Of a stretch of DNA of 61,219 bases, positions 47,692 to 54,842 are shown piece after piece. The translations under genes and the position numbers were made by a program. Under the pieces are notes generated by a model. It made no database searches, was not told where the DNA came from, and was given only the letters and a program-made list of their open reading frames with translations. This DNA comes from a virus (taxonomy: Duplodnaviria > Caudoviricetes): positions 1 through 61,219 of the IMG/VR virus record IMGVR_UViG_3300017788_000001; one strand, written 5' to 3'. Positions within the stretch are counted from its first letter, which is position 1; the number at the start of each line of letters is the position of its first letter.

Positions 47692-47859
47692 ATGACTGAA
47701 GTCACAATAACCAAGAAGCGTCTCGACGACCTACTTAAGGCGGAGGCAGAGCTAGACGCGCTACACGCTGGCGGTGTAGACAACTGGGAGTGGTATTACG
47801 AGTCCCTTAAGAACGCTGACCTAGCGGAAGACGACGATGAAGACGACGAGGAGGATTGA
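47692..47859 (+). CDS. conserved small phage protein (55 aa)
   Basis: L.AL.AGGVDNWEWY motif. Confidence 0.75.
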   Translation: MTEVTITKKRLDDLLKAEAELDALHAGGVDNWEWYYESLKNADLAEDDDEDDEED

Positions 47860-48065
47860 TGAAGAAGCTTGCAATTCTAGCCCTAGCTCTTCTGCTGGCG
47901 GCTAATGTTAGCGCAGCCAGCAAGCCGCGAATCACGGGCGGCAATCTACCCCCGATCCCGAGCAAGCCACGTATCACAGGTGGTAATCTCCCGCCTATCC
48001 TAGCAGATTACATCTGCGTTCCGTCAGCGCCTCGTGCTATTCGGCGCTATTGTCAACCGAGGTGA
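47859..48065 (+). CDS. small exported peptide with a duplicated SKPRITGGNLPPI core (68 aa)
   Basis: GAGGAGG RBS; Sec-type signal MKKLAILALALLLAANVSA; two repeats; a Cys pair. Confidence 0.8.
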   Translation: MKKLAILALALLLAANVSAASKPRITGGNLPPIPSKPRITGGNLPPILADYICVPSAPRAIRRYCQPR

Positions 48066-48068
48066 TTC

Positions 48069-48386
48069 ATGTGTGTAGTCAGTATGGTGGGCGATCACTT
48101 CAACGACCGCTTTAGAAAAGAGCCTGATTGGCAGAAGTACTTCCCTAGCAGCCCGGTGGCACCTACTCCTAGAGATGGCTGCAGACCTCTACTCCCTATA
48201 GATCGCGAAGAGTTTGACAGACTAAAGAAGCAGGTAGAGGAAATGCACGAGCTGCTCCGCAAGGCTAAGCAGTATGACGAATCCACTAACCAGTCTCATT
48301 GCGAGATGGAAGATAAAGTTGCCCTGCTGAAGCATATAGCCAAACAGTTTGGCGTTGACATGAAGGATGTATTCCCCTATGATTGA
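48069..48386 (+). CDS. conserved phage hypothetical protein (105 aa)
   Basis: MCVVSMVGD...AK.YD..T.Q..CE..DK pattern. Confidence 0.7.
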   Translation: MCVVSMVGDHFNDRFRKEPDWQKYFPSSPVAPTPRDGCRPLLPIDREEFDRLKKQVEEMHELLRKAKQYDESTNQSHCEMEDKVALLKHIAKQFGVDMKDVFPYD

Positions 48387-48927
48387 TACGGTAGATTTTT
48401 TAGAGTTCCCGAAGATGGCCCGTCTGTCACGCGAGTGCGTGATCACCGAGAAGATTGACGGCACTAACGCACAGGTATATGTCTCCGAAGACGGCGTAGT
48501 GATGGCAGGTAGTCGCAATAGATGGATCACGCCAGAGCAGGACAACTTCGGCTTCGCAAAATGGGTCAAGGATAATGAGGAGGAGCTACGCAAGCTCGGC
48601 CCGGGTCATCACTACGGTGAGTGGTGGGGCGCTGGTATTCAGAGACGTTATGGCCTAGATCACAAGAAGTTCTCCTTGTTCAATGTAGACAGATGGCAGG
48701 AAGACAGGCCTGTGTGTTGTGACGTGGTGCCTGTCCTTTACCGTGGTGTGTTTGATACTGCTGAGGTAGAACGTTGCATAGATAGTCTATGTGCTAATGG
48801 TAGTGTCGCAGCTCCCGGCTTTATGAACCCAGAAGGTGTAGTTGTCTACCACGTCGCCGGTAGAGTCGGTTTCAAAAAGACAATAGAGAGAGACGAAGTT
48901 CCAAAGACCCTTCAGGTGACACAATGA
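48367..48927 (+). CDS. RNA ligase-family nucleotidyltransferase
   Basis: Motif I TEKIDGTN, SRNR, GEW and PEGVV; start may be 48379. Confidence 0.75.
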   Translation: MYSPMIDTVDFLEFPKMARLSRECVITEKIDGTNAQVYVSEDGVVMAGSRNRWITPEQDNFGFAKWVKDNEEELRKLGPGHHYGEWWGAGIQRRYGLDHKKFSLFNVDRWQEDRPVCCDVVPVLYRGVFDTAEVERCIDSLCANGSVAAPGFMNPEGVVVYHVAGRVGFKKTIERDEVPKTLQVTQ

Positions 48928-49062
48928 TTATAACGATCACTGTGCCTAGCAAAGAGCACGACGTAGAGCACGCAGTATCTGTCCCTATCAGCCGTTACGA
49001 AGAGCTGCTACAGGCAGAAGCGCTGCTACGTTCTCTAGATGACTTATGTCCTTCGAGTAATC

Positions 49063-49230
49063 ATGACCGAGAAACCTAAGTTTAGACGAGGCCCATTGCC
49101 TGATCTGAGCAAGCCGTCGAAGCTACGCAATCCCAAGAAGAAGGCGCAGTTCGCTGGAACGTTCGCAGAAGACAACATCAAGCCTAGGCACAAGCCATAC
49201 AAGAGAAAGAAGGTGGTAACAGATGACTGA
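49063..49230 (+). CDS. small basic protein
   Basis: Lys-rich ORF overlapping the next start. Confidence 0.45.
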   Translation: MTEKPKFRRGPLPDLSKPSKLRNPKKKAQFAGTFAEDNIKPRHKPYKRKKVVTDD

Positions 49231-49456
49231 TCCGTTTTTCAATCCAGACAGCTACGGCACTATCACAGCGTTCGCTAGAAACATGACCACAGCTGAGCTG
49301 ATCGATCGTGCGAAGGACAAGTACTGGCTGGCGTCTCTCGACAAGAACGACCTGCGAGAGCTGGTGAGCGAGCTGGCGGACAGAGCCGAAGGGCTGGAAG
49401 AGTACGTCAATAGACAGCACGACAGGCCCGATGAATACTCACTCATTGACGACTAA
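49223..49456 (+). CDS. hypothetical protein (77 aa)
   Basis: AAGGTGG RBS. Confidence 0.55.
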   Translation: MTDPFFNPDSYGTITAFARNMTTAELIDRAKDKYWLASLDKNDLRELVSELADRAEGLEEYVNRQHDRPDEYSLIDD

Positions 49457-50222
49457 TCTACAGCCGTTAGTTGATGGCGACGTGCTGCGCTACAGGTGCG
49501 GCTTTGCTGCCGATTCCCAGAGAAGGAAGCAGCTGAAAGAGCAGCACCCCGACCTGAGTGAGGGCGACATAGAACAGCTGCTCTCGGACGAAGACTACTT
49601 AGGCTACGCCCTGAGTAACGTCAAGGAGTCCCTCACATCCACGCAGGAGATGTTCACCCTTCCGCCCCTACAGCTTTACCTGTCAGGCTCTGGCAACTTC
49701 CGAGAGCAAGTGGCTACCATCCTCCCGTATAAGGGTAATCGCACAGCGCGTAAGCCCAAGTATTACGAAGAGATAGGGCAGTACATGAAGGACGTATGGC
49801 GCGCTATTGTCGTGGAAGGGCAGGAAGCCGATGACGCTTTGGGCATCGAGCAGTACGGACGTACAGATAACAGCACTGTGATTGTGTCCATCGACAAAGA
49901 CTTGGACATGATTCCCGGCTGGCATTACAATCTCATGCGTAAGGAACTGTACGAGGTGAGTGAACGTGATGCTGATATCCAGCTGTTCCGTCAGATGCTC
50001 ATAGGAGACAGGACGGATAACATCCCGGGTATCGAGCAAGTAGGGGATGTTAGAGCAGAGAAGCTGCTGGCTTCCGTGGACTATGACGTAGATGCTGTGC
50101 GCAGCCTTGTCAAGGCCAAGTACCAAGAGCAGTATGCCAACGATTGGGAACGTGCATACAGGGAAGTGGGGACGTTGCTGTGGATCAGGCGTGAGCCTGA
50201 GCAGGAGTGCGTGCTACTGTGA
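49431..50222 (+). CDS. 5'-3' exonuclease (T7 gp6/FEN-like)
   Basis: DGD, NFR, YKGNR, EADD, SIDKDL and GDRTDNIPGI. Confidence 0.92.
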   Translation: MNTHSLTTNLQPLVDGDVLRYRCGFAADSQRRKQLKEQHPDLSEGDIEQLLSDEDYLGYALSNVKESLTSTQEMFTLPPLQLYLSGSGNFREQVATILPYKGNRTARKPKYYEEIGQYMKDVWRAIVVEGQEADDALGIEQYGRTDNSTVIVSIDKDLDMIPGWHYNLMRKELYEVSERDADIQLFRQMLIGDRTDNIPGIEQVGDVRAEKLLASVDYDVDAVRSLVKAKYQEQYANDWERAYREVGTLLWIRREPEQECVLL

Positions 50223-50419
50223 ACAAGGAGCGCTGGGAATCGCTGATGGAACTCGGCGGTCCTTTGACAAAGGAAGAGAAAGAGCAAGGCTGGCATTTCT
50301 GTCCAAGCCTTGACTACGCAGTGGTTGGTCCCGATCACATGTCTTGGGACTTCTGCGAGTGTTACCACATAAAGGATAGAGTTAATGACCGTAAAGAAAG
50401 GAACAAGAGTGAAGGTTAA
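50219..50419 (+). CDS. small hypothetical protein
   Basis: GTGA overlap; GWHFC motif. Confidence 0.5.
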   Translation: MNKERWESLMELGGPLTKEEKEQGWHFCPSLDYAVVGPDHMSWDFCECYHIKDRVNDRKERNKSEG

Positions 50420-50609
50420 CAAGGTGAAGTACGTCAATGTACTTTCAGAGCGCGCTGTCAAATGGTGGCCCGGTCCGTGGAAGGTAATTGAGGTTTTGCC
50501 GGATGATCCGAAGATGCTTGAAGAGAGGCTGACGTTTCTCAGAAACGATGCATTCATGCAGGAACGTGCCCACGAAGTGAGGGTGGATAGGGCGGTGTAT
50601 CGTGGGTAA
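50385..50609 (+). CDS. hypothetical protein (74 aa)
   Basis: AAGGA RBS. Confidence 0.55.
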   Translation: MTVKKGTRVKVNKVKYVNVLSERAVKWWPGPWKVIEVLPDDPKMLEERLTFLRNDAFMQERAHEVRVDRAVYRG

Positions 50610-51029
50610 TAAGACTCCCCCTTTCCGGAGTGGCCAGCATGGAGTAGCGCTAAGTTCTGGTCGTTTGTACGATCAGGACTGAGAGCCAAGTGGACCCGCT
50701 GGCCGCCGAAATACGCAGCACTAGCCGCTGCCCGTAGAGCTAGCAAGAGCAGTAACAAGCGTCTCAAGCACGAGTTTCAATGCAACAAATGTAAGGACTG
50801 GTTTCCACAGAAGAATGTTAGTGTGGATCACATAGTGCCATGCGGCACTTTGAAATCATTTGATGACCTACCAGCCTTTGTCGAGAAGCTATTTGTCGGA
50901 CAAGACAAGCTGCAGGTTCTCTGTCATCCATGCCACCTGATAAAGGGAGCGGAAGACAGGAAGCTAGCGGCAGATAACAACAAAGAGGAATGCAGCCATA
51001 AAACTAAAGAACCTAGAAAACGAAAGTGA
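50602..51029 (+). CDS. HNH endonuclease; needs a -1 shift near 50619-50625
   Basis: F.RSGLR...RWPPK, CNKC, VDHIVP and LQVLCHPCH; no start codon in the main frame upstream of these motifs. Confidence 0.7.
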
Positions 51030-51261
51030 ACAGGAGTTCACCGCAAAGATTGTGTTCACCAGCAAGGGCGTGTCGCCGATGGTGACGTTCTCTGTAGAGA
51101 CCAGTCACGACGTTGACGACGACGAGGGCCCTGTGAATCTTAGCGATCTCCCGGCGTCCTACCAAACCGTCGACCGGGTGATGGCTATCATCACACAGAT
51201 GGCTGGGCAGAATGCTCCTGAAGACTCGTTCATGGAAATCGCAGAGCGTACACTGAACTAA
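50998..51261 (+). CDS. hypothetical protein (possible ATA start; alternative GTG at 51052)
   Basis: GAGGA 8 nt before the ATA; open frame. Confidence 0.5.
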   Translation: MKLKNLENESEQEFTAKIVFTSKGVSPMVTFSVETSHDVDDDEGPVNLSDLPASYQTVDRVMAIITQMAGQNAPEDSFMEIAERTLN

Positions 51262-51271
51262 GGAGACTGTT

Positions 51272-52024
51272 ATCAAGATCTTGATTCTTGACATAGAAAT
51301 CTCTCCAGTGCTTGCTACGATCTGGGGCCTGTTCAACCAGAACATCGGCATCAATCAGATCACAGGTAACTCAGAGGTGATGTGCTGGGCCGCCAAGTGG
51401 CATGGGAGTGATGACGTGTATTTCTCCTCCATCGAGCTGACTTCCAAGAAGCGCATGCTCAAGGAGATGTACGATCTGATCGAGGAGGCTGACGCAATTG
51501 TCACGTACAATGGCAAGGCTTTCGACCTCAAGATTCTGAACAAGGAGTTTGCTCTGCAGGGATGGGCTGCACCTAGTCCTTACAAGAACATCGACATGCT
51601 CGGAGTCATGAGGAAGCAGTTCAGGTTCACGTCCAACAAGCTGGGCTATGTGGCCGAGCAGCTGAAGCTCGGGAAGAAGCTCAAGCACCAAGGTCATGAG
51701 CTGTGGCTGCACTGCATGAATCCAAAGTCCGAAGAGTACAAGAGCAGCTGGGACATCATGGAGGAGTACAACATTCAGGACGTATTGCTGCTTGAGTCTC
51801 TGTACGACAGACTCCTTGGCTGGATTCACAATCACCCCAACCATTCCACTGAGACAGGTGAGCACGTGTGTCCTAACTGTGGAGGTAGTCACTTGCAGAG
51901 CAGAGGCACATACACAACGGCGTCTCTGAGCTACAGGCGTTATCAGTGCAGGGACTGCGGTAAGTGGTCTCGTTCTCGTCTAGCCGACAAGGACAAGAAG
52001 GGTCGTCAGGTCGTAGGAGTGTAA
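51272..52024 (+). CDS. RNase H-like/DnaQ-like exonuclease with a C-terminal Zn ribbon (possible ATC start)
   Basis: ILDIE, YNGKAFD, YNIQD and CPNC...CRDC. Confidence 0.85.
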   Translation: MKILILDIEISPVLATIWGLFNQNIGINQITGNSEVMCWAAKWHGSDDVYFSSIELTSKKRMLKEMYDLIEEADAIVTYNGKAFDLKILNKEFALQGWAAPSPYKNIDMLGVMRKQFRFTSNKLGYVAEQLKLGKKLKHQGHELWLHCMNPKSEEYKSSWDIMEEYNIQDVLLLESLYDRLLGWIHNHPNHSTETGEHVCPNCGGSHLQSRGTYTTASLSYRRYQCRDCGKWSRSRLADKDKKGRQVVGV

Positions 52025-52506
52025 TGACAACGACAGTGTGGTACGGAAAGGAGAAGATCTTGTTCTCTGATCGGCAGATGGGACAAAGGAAAGTCGATGT
52101 CTGCAAGATCATCCCAGTGACGAACGGCTGGCTCACAGGAGCAGGCGACTACGATGTGCTGCAGGAAGTGGCAATGTGGGCTGAAGGGAATGGTGGCTTC
52201 GGGGACGGGGATCGTCCACAGCGCAGTGAGTGGGATGAACGTTCTCTTAACACTGACCTACTGTTCGTGAATGAGAAAGGAGAAGCGTTCATGATCACAC
52301 TGCCCTACCTACGTGCAATTCCTATACAGGAAGACGTGTGGGCTACAGGGTCTGGAGGAGACCTAGCCACAGGCGCTCTCGTAGCGTCTGGTGACATCCT
52401 CACGGCTATGTCCGTAGCACACAGCTACGATGCGACGACTGGCAGACAATTCGACGTAATCAAGATCGAGGACGCCATAGTCAATTCCTACATGGTGGAA
52501 GTATGA
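52024..52506 (+). CDS. HslV/proteasome-beta-like Ntn hydrolase
   Basis: N-terminal MTT; SD.Q, K, ATGSG...A.GAL and D..TG. Confidence 0.7.
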   Translation: MTTTVWYGKEKILFSDRQMGQRKVDVCKIIPVTNGWLTGAGDYDVLQEVAMWAEGNGGFGDGDRPQRSEWDERSLNTDLLFVNEKGEAFMITLPYLRAIPIQEDVWATGSGGDLATGALVASGDILTAMSVAHSYDATTGRQFDVIKIEDAIVNSYMVEV

Positions 52507-52697
52507 TCGTAGACGCGTCAGATAGATTTGCGCAGGAAGCAGCAAAGACGCTGTTGTCTCTTGAATGGGCGTCGGATGTAGAATCCGAGATGAAAAAAAG
52601 GGCGGCACATTGGCCGCCCGAATTTAAACGAAGAGTGTTTCTGTGGATCAAGTACCTGAAAGATCAACCTCCGGGTGAGCCCGAAGGACGCAGTTAA
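52503..52697 (+). CDS. hypothetical protein (64 aa)
   Basis: ATGA overlap; last gene of the plus arm. Confidence 0.45.
   Translation: MIVDASDRFAQEAAKTLLSLEWASDVESEMKKRAAHWPPEFKRRVFLWIKYLKDQPPGEPEGRS
52593..52619 (-). terminator. intrinsic terminator of the late arm
   Basis: GGGCGGC/GCCGCCC stem followed by T7 on the minus strand. Confidence 0.8.
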
Positions 52698-52950
52698 GCA
52701 GCTCTTGATACGCAAAGTTTAATGTTCCATATTGCTTGATTTGTGCCGCCGTTTGCCTCTTCAGACTAACGTAGTCCGGGGAAGTGAGCGGCGGCATTTT
52801 GCGTTCTGCGTCAGACAGGTATGCCTGTGGTGTGCATATGAATGGCTGCTTAGGAGGCGTTGGCTGCGTCAATAGCCTCGTTGAACTCCCGCAACTCGTC
52901 AGTGCTAAGAGTGCAGTCAGCACTAGCAGGTGCTTTAGATATCGCATCAT
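52648..52950 (-). CDS. o-spanin (Rz1-like lipoprotein)
   Basis: Lipobox LTSC, Pro-rich, overlaps the i-spanin 3' end. Confidence 0.8.
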   Translation of the reverse strand: MMRYLKHLLVLTALLALTSCGSSTRLLTQPTPPKQPFICTPQAYLSDAERKMPPLTSPDYVSLKRQTAAQIKQYGTLNFAYQELLNCVLRAHPEVDLSGT

Positions 52951-53227
52951 TAACTCCTTGGATCTCTCGATCTAGTTTATCTGCCTTGGCTTCTACGCGA
53001 TTGGTAGCTTTTATAGCTTCATTGCTGTCTTTTGCAACCTGTCGTGCCGCCTTGTCGGCTTGTTTGATTACACCCTTGGTCTGTCCAGCCAACATACTGT
53101 CTTCTTTCCTGTCAGCTCCTATGAAGAAGCCCGAGAAGAATATGACAGCAGCGGCTGCGGCAGTGTAACCGATCTTGCGCAGGTTAGCTGTGGCAGCCCA
53201 TGTCTTTAGTCCAGCGTAGCTTATCAT
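52850..53227 (-). CDS. i-spanin (Rz-like)
   Basis: N-terminal transmembrane segment, coiled coil and C-terminal Cys. Confidence 0.75.
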   Translation of the reverse strand: MISYAGLKTWAATANLRKIGYTAAAAAVIFFSGFFIGADRKEDSMLAGQTKGVIKQADKAARQVAKDSNEAIKATNRVEAKADKLDREIQGVNDAISKAPASADCTLSTDELREFNEAIDAANAS

Positions 53228-53628
53228 TTAGTTTCCTCATAATGCTGCGTATCAACCTCTATGATGATGGGCACCTCAATACCAGACGCTTTCATCAGAG
53301 ACTCTAGTCGCAGGATATGTAGCTCCAACTTCTTGTTCAGCAGCTCCAGTCGACGGCTATGCCTGCGCTCCGTGTCAAGCTCTTGTCGAAGTTGCTTGAC
53401 ATCACCGTCGAGAGCCTCCACACGTTTACTGAGAGAATCGTAGACAATCAGCTGAGCATCCGATACTGTCTTGTCAGCGTCAGATGCAGCAACGTCTGCC
53501 CCGAGCTTCGCTACACGCGCCTTGTGTTTCATCACAGCCCCGTACGCGATGCCCCCTATTGTCCCTAAGCCGGCCACCAAGCCGACAACAGCCTGTCCTA
53601 TCTTCTCCCAATCAACACTCTCAAACAT
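53224..53628 (-). CDS. putative holin-like membrane protein
   Basis: Single N-terminal transmembrane segment plus coiled coil, directly upstream of the spanins. Confidence 0.5.
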   Translation of the reverse strand: MFESVDWEKIGQAVVGLVAGLGTIGGIAYGAVMKHKARVAKLGADVAASDADKTVSDAQLIVYDSLSKRVEALDGDVKQLRQELDTERRHSRRLELLNKKLELHILRLESLMKASGIEVPIIIEVDTQHYEETK

Positions 53629-53639
53629 ACCGCCCCCTG

Positions 53640-54842
53640 TCAGTTAGCTGCGTTACTATATTGGGCATTATTCCATATCCCGTCTTTCATACCTTCCCAC
53701 ATAGCACGAGCAGCATCTCCCTGTATCGCCGTAGCGCCCCACGGCGTGAATCCGCCAGCAGCAGCCAGTCCTACTCCGTGGCCTAGACGCCCATTTCGTG
53801 CAGTAGCTTGTCTGCTTACATCATGAATCTCACGTGCGGTGAACGTCCTACCCGTGGCGGGATTGACGCGTCCCTCAAGGGCGGCCACGCCTCCTTGTCT
53901 AAAGGCATCTATATTTCTCTGCTGCGCGCTGGAGAAGTTGGTGAGTCCTCTTACGAAGCCAGCACCTACAGACTGTCCCGTGCGGGCGGTCTCCTGTTGC
54001 CTCTGCTGCTCAAGCCACGGGAACGCGTCAGCCATCCATCCTGTGCCTGCTGTGGCTGTGTACCCATTCTGGTTATACCAGTCCTGCATGGCAGCGGCAT
54101 CATTTTCCCCTTCCCAGTTGCGCAACCATCTAGCCACCGCATTAGGAGAATTTTGCGCCCAGTCGGTGTTGGCCAACCAGCCCAGCCCTCGTGTGATAGG
54201 AAGACCTGTATACTGGTCCACTATACCCAACCCTAGATTAGCCCAGTTGATATGACCACCCTGCACGGCGTCACCGGGCAAGAACCAGTCAATAACATTG
54301 CCTAACAATCCGTTCATACCCCAACGACTTGTGTTAAACCCAGACGTGTTAGGCAGGCCAGTAGAGATGGCGCTGTAGTTTGGGATACCCGTCCCGCCCC
54401 ATCCAATATCAACACCTAGCCCACGTCTCTGTCCGCCCAGCAGGGAAGGCCCTACCTGCGGGCCTCCGGGCGGTACAGTCGGACCGCCTGTAGGAGGAGT
54501 TACTGTAGGCCCTCCAGTAGGAGGCGTGGTTGGCGGGCGTGTAGGAGGGCGCCAGTTACCTCCGCCGCCTGACGGTACGTTAGGCATGGGGAAGCCGTTA
54601 CCTCCTATCCCCCAATCAAACCCTCCCGTCAAGAAGCCACCCCCTCCGCTAAAGCCGGGGTTTATTCTCCATTGGTCGTACGCGTTAGCCACAGGGGGGA
54701 GGTATCCCCCCATAGGCGGGTTGTTGTACACAGTGTTAGGATTGCCGTTGTTAGCGATGAGCGGTTGAGCATTCTGCGCCACAGACTGCGTGCCTGCACT
54801 GTTTTGTATAAAGCCCTGAGTAAGGGACTGCGGTGTTGACAT
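53640..54842 (-). CDS. Gly/Pro-rich late protein, putative internal virion protein (400 aa)
   Basis: AGGAG RBS; coupled to the giant gene; PPTGGPTV repeats. Confidence 0.65.
   Translation of the reverse strand: MSTPQSLTQGFIQNSAGTQSVAQNAQPLIANNGNPNTVYNNPPMGGYLPPVANAYDQWRINPGFSGGGGFLTGGFDWGIGGNGFPMPNVPSGGGGNWRPPTRPPTTPPTGGPTVTPPTGGPTVPPGGPQVGPSLLGGQRRGLGVDIGWGGTGIPNYSAISTGLPNTSGFNTSRWGMNGLLGNVIDWFLPGDAVQGGHINWANLGLGIVDQYTGLPITRGLGWLANTDWAQNSPNAVARWLRNWEGENDAAAMQDWYNQNGYTATAGTGWMADAFPWLEQQRQQETARTGQSVGAGFVRGLTNFSSAQQRNIDAFRQGGVAALEGRVNPATGRTFTAREIHDVSRQATARNGRLGHGVGLAAAGGFTPWGATAIQGDAARAMWEGMKDGIWNNAQYSNAAN

Noticed and set aside
47859-48065. Graspetide (ATP-grasp RiPP) precursor
   Set aside because: The repeat core has no Asp/Glu acceptors, carries a Sec signal and is 17 kb from the ATP-grasp gene
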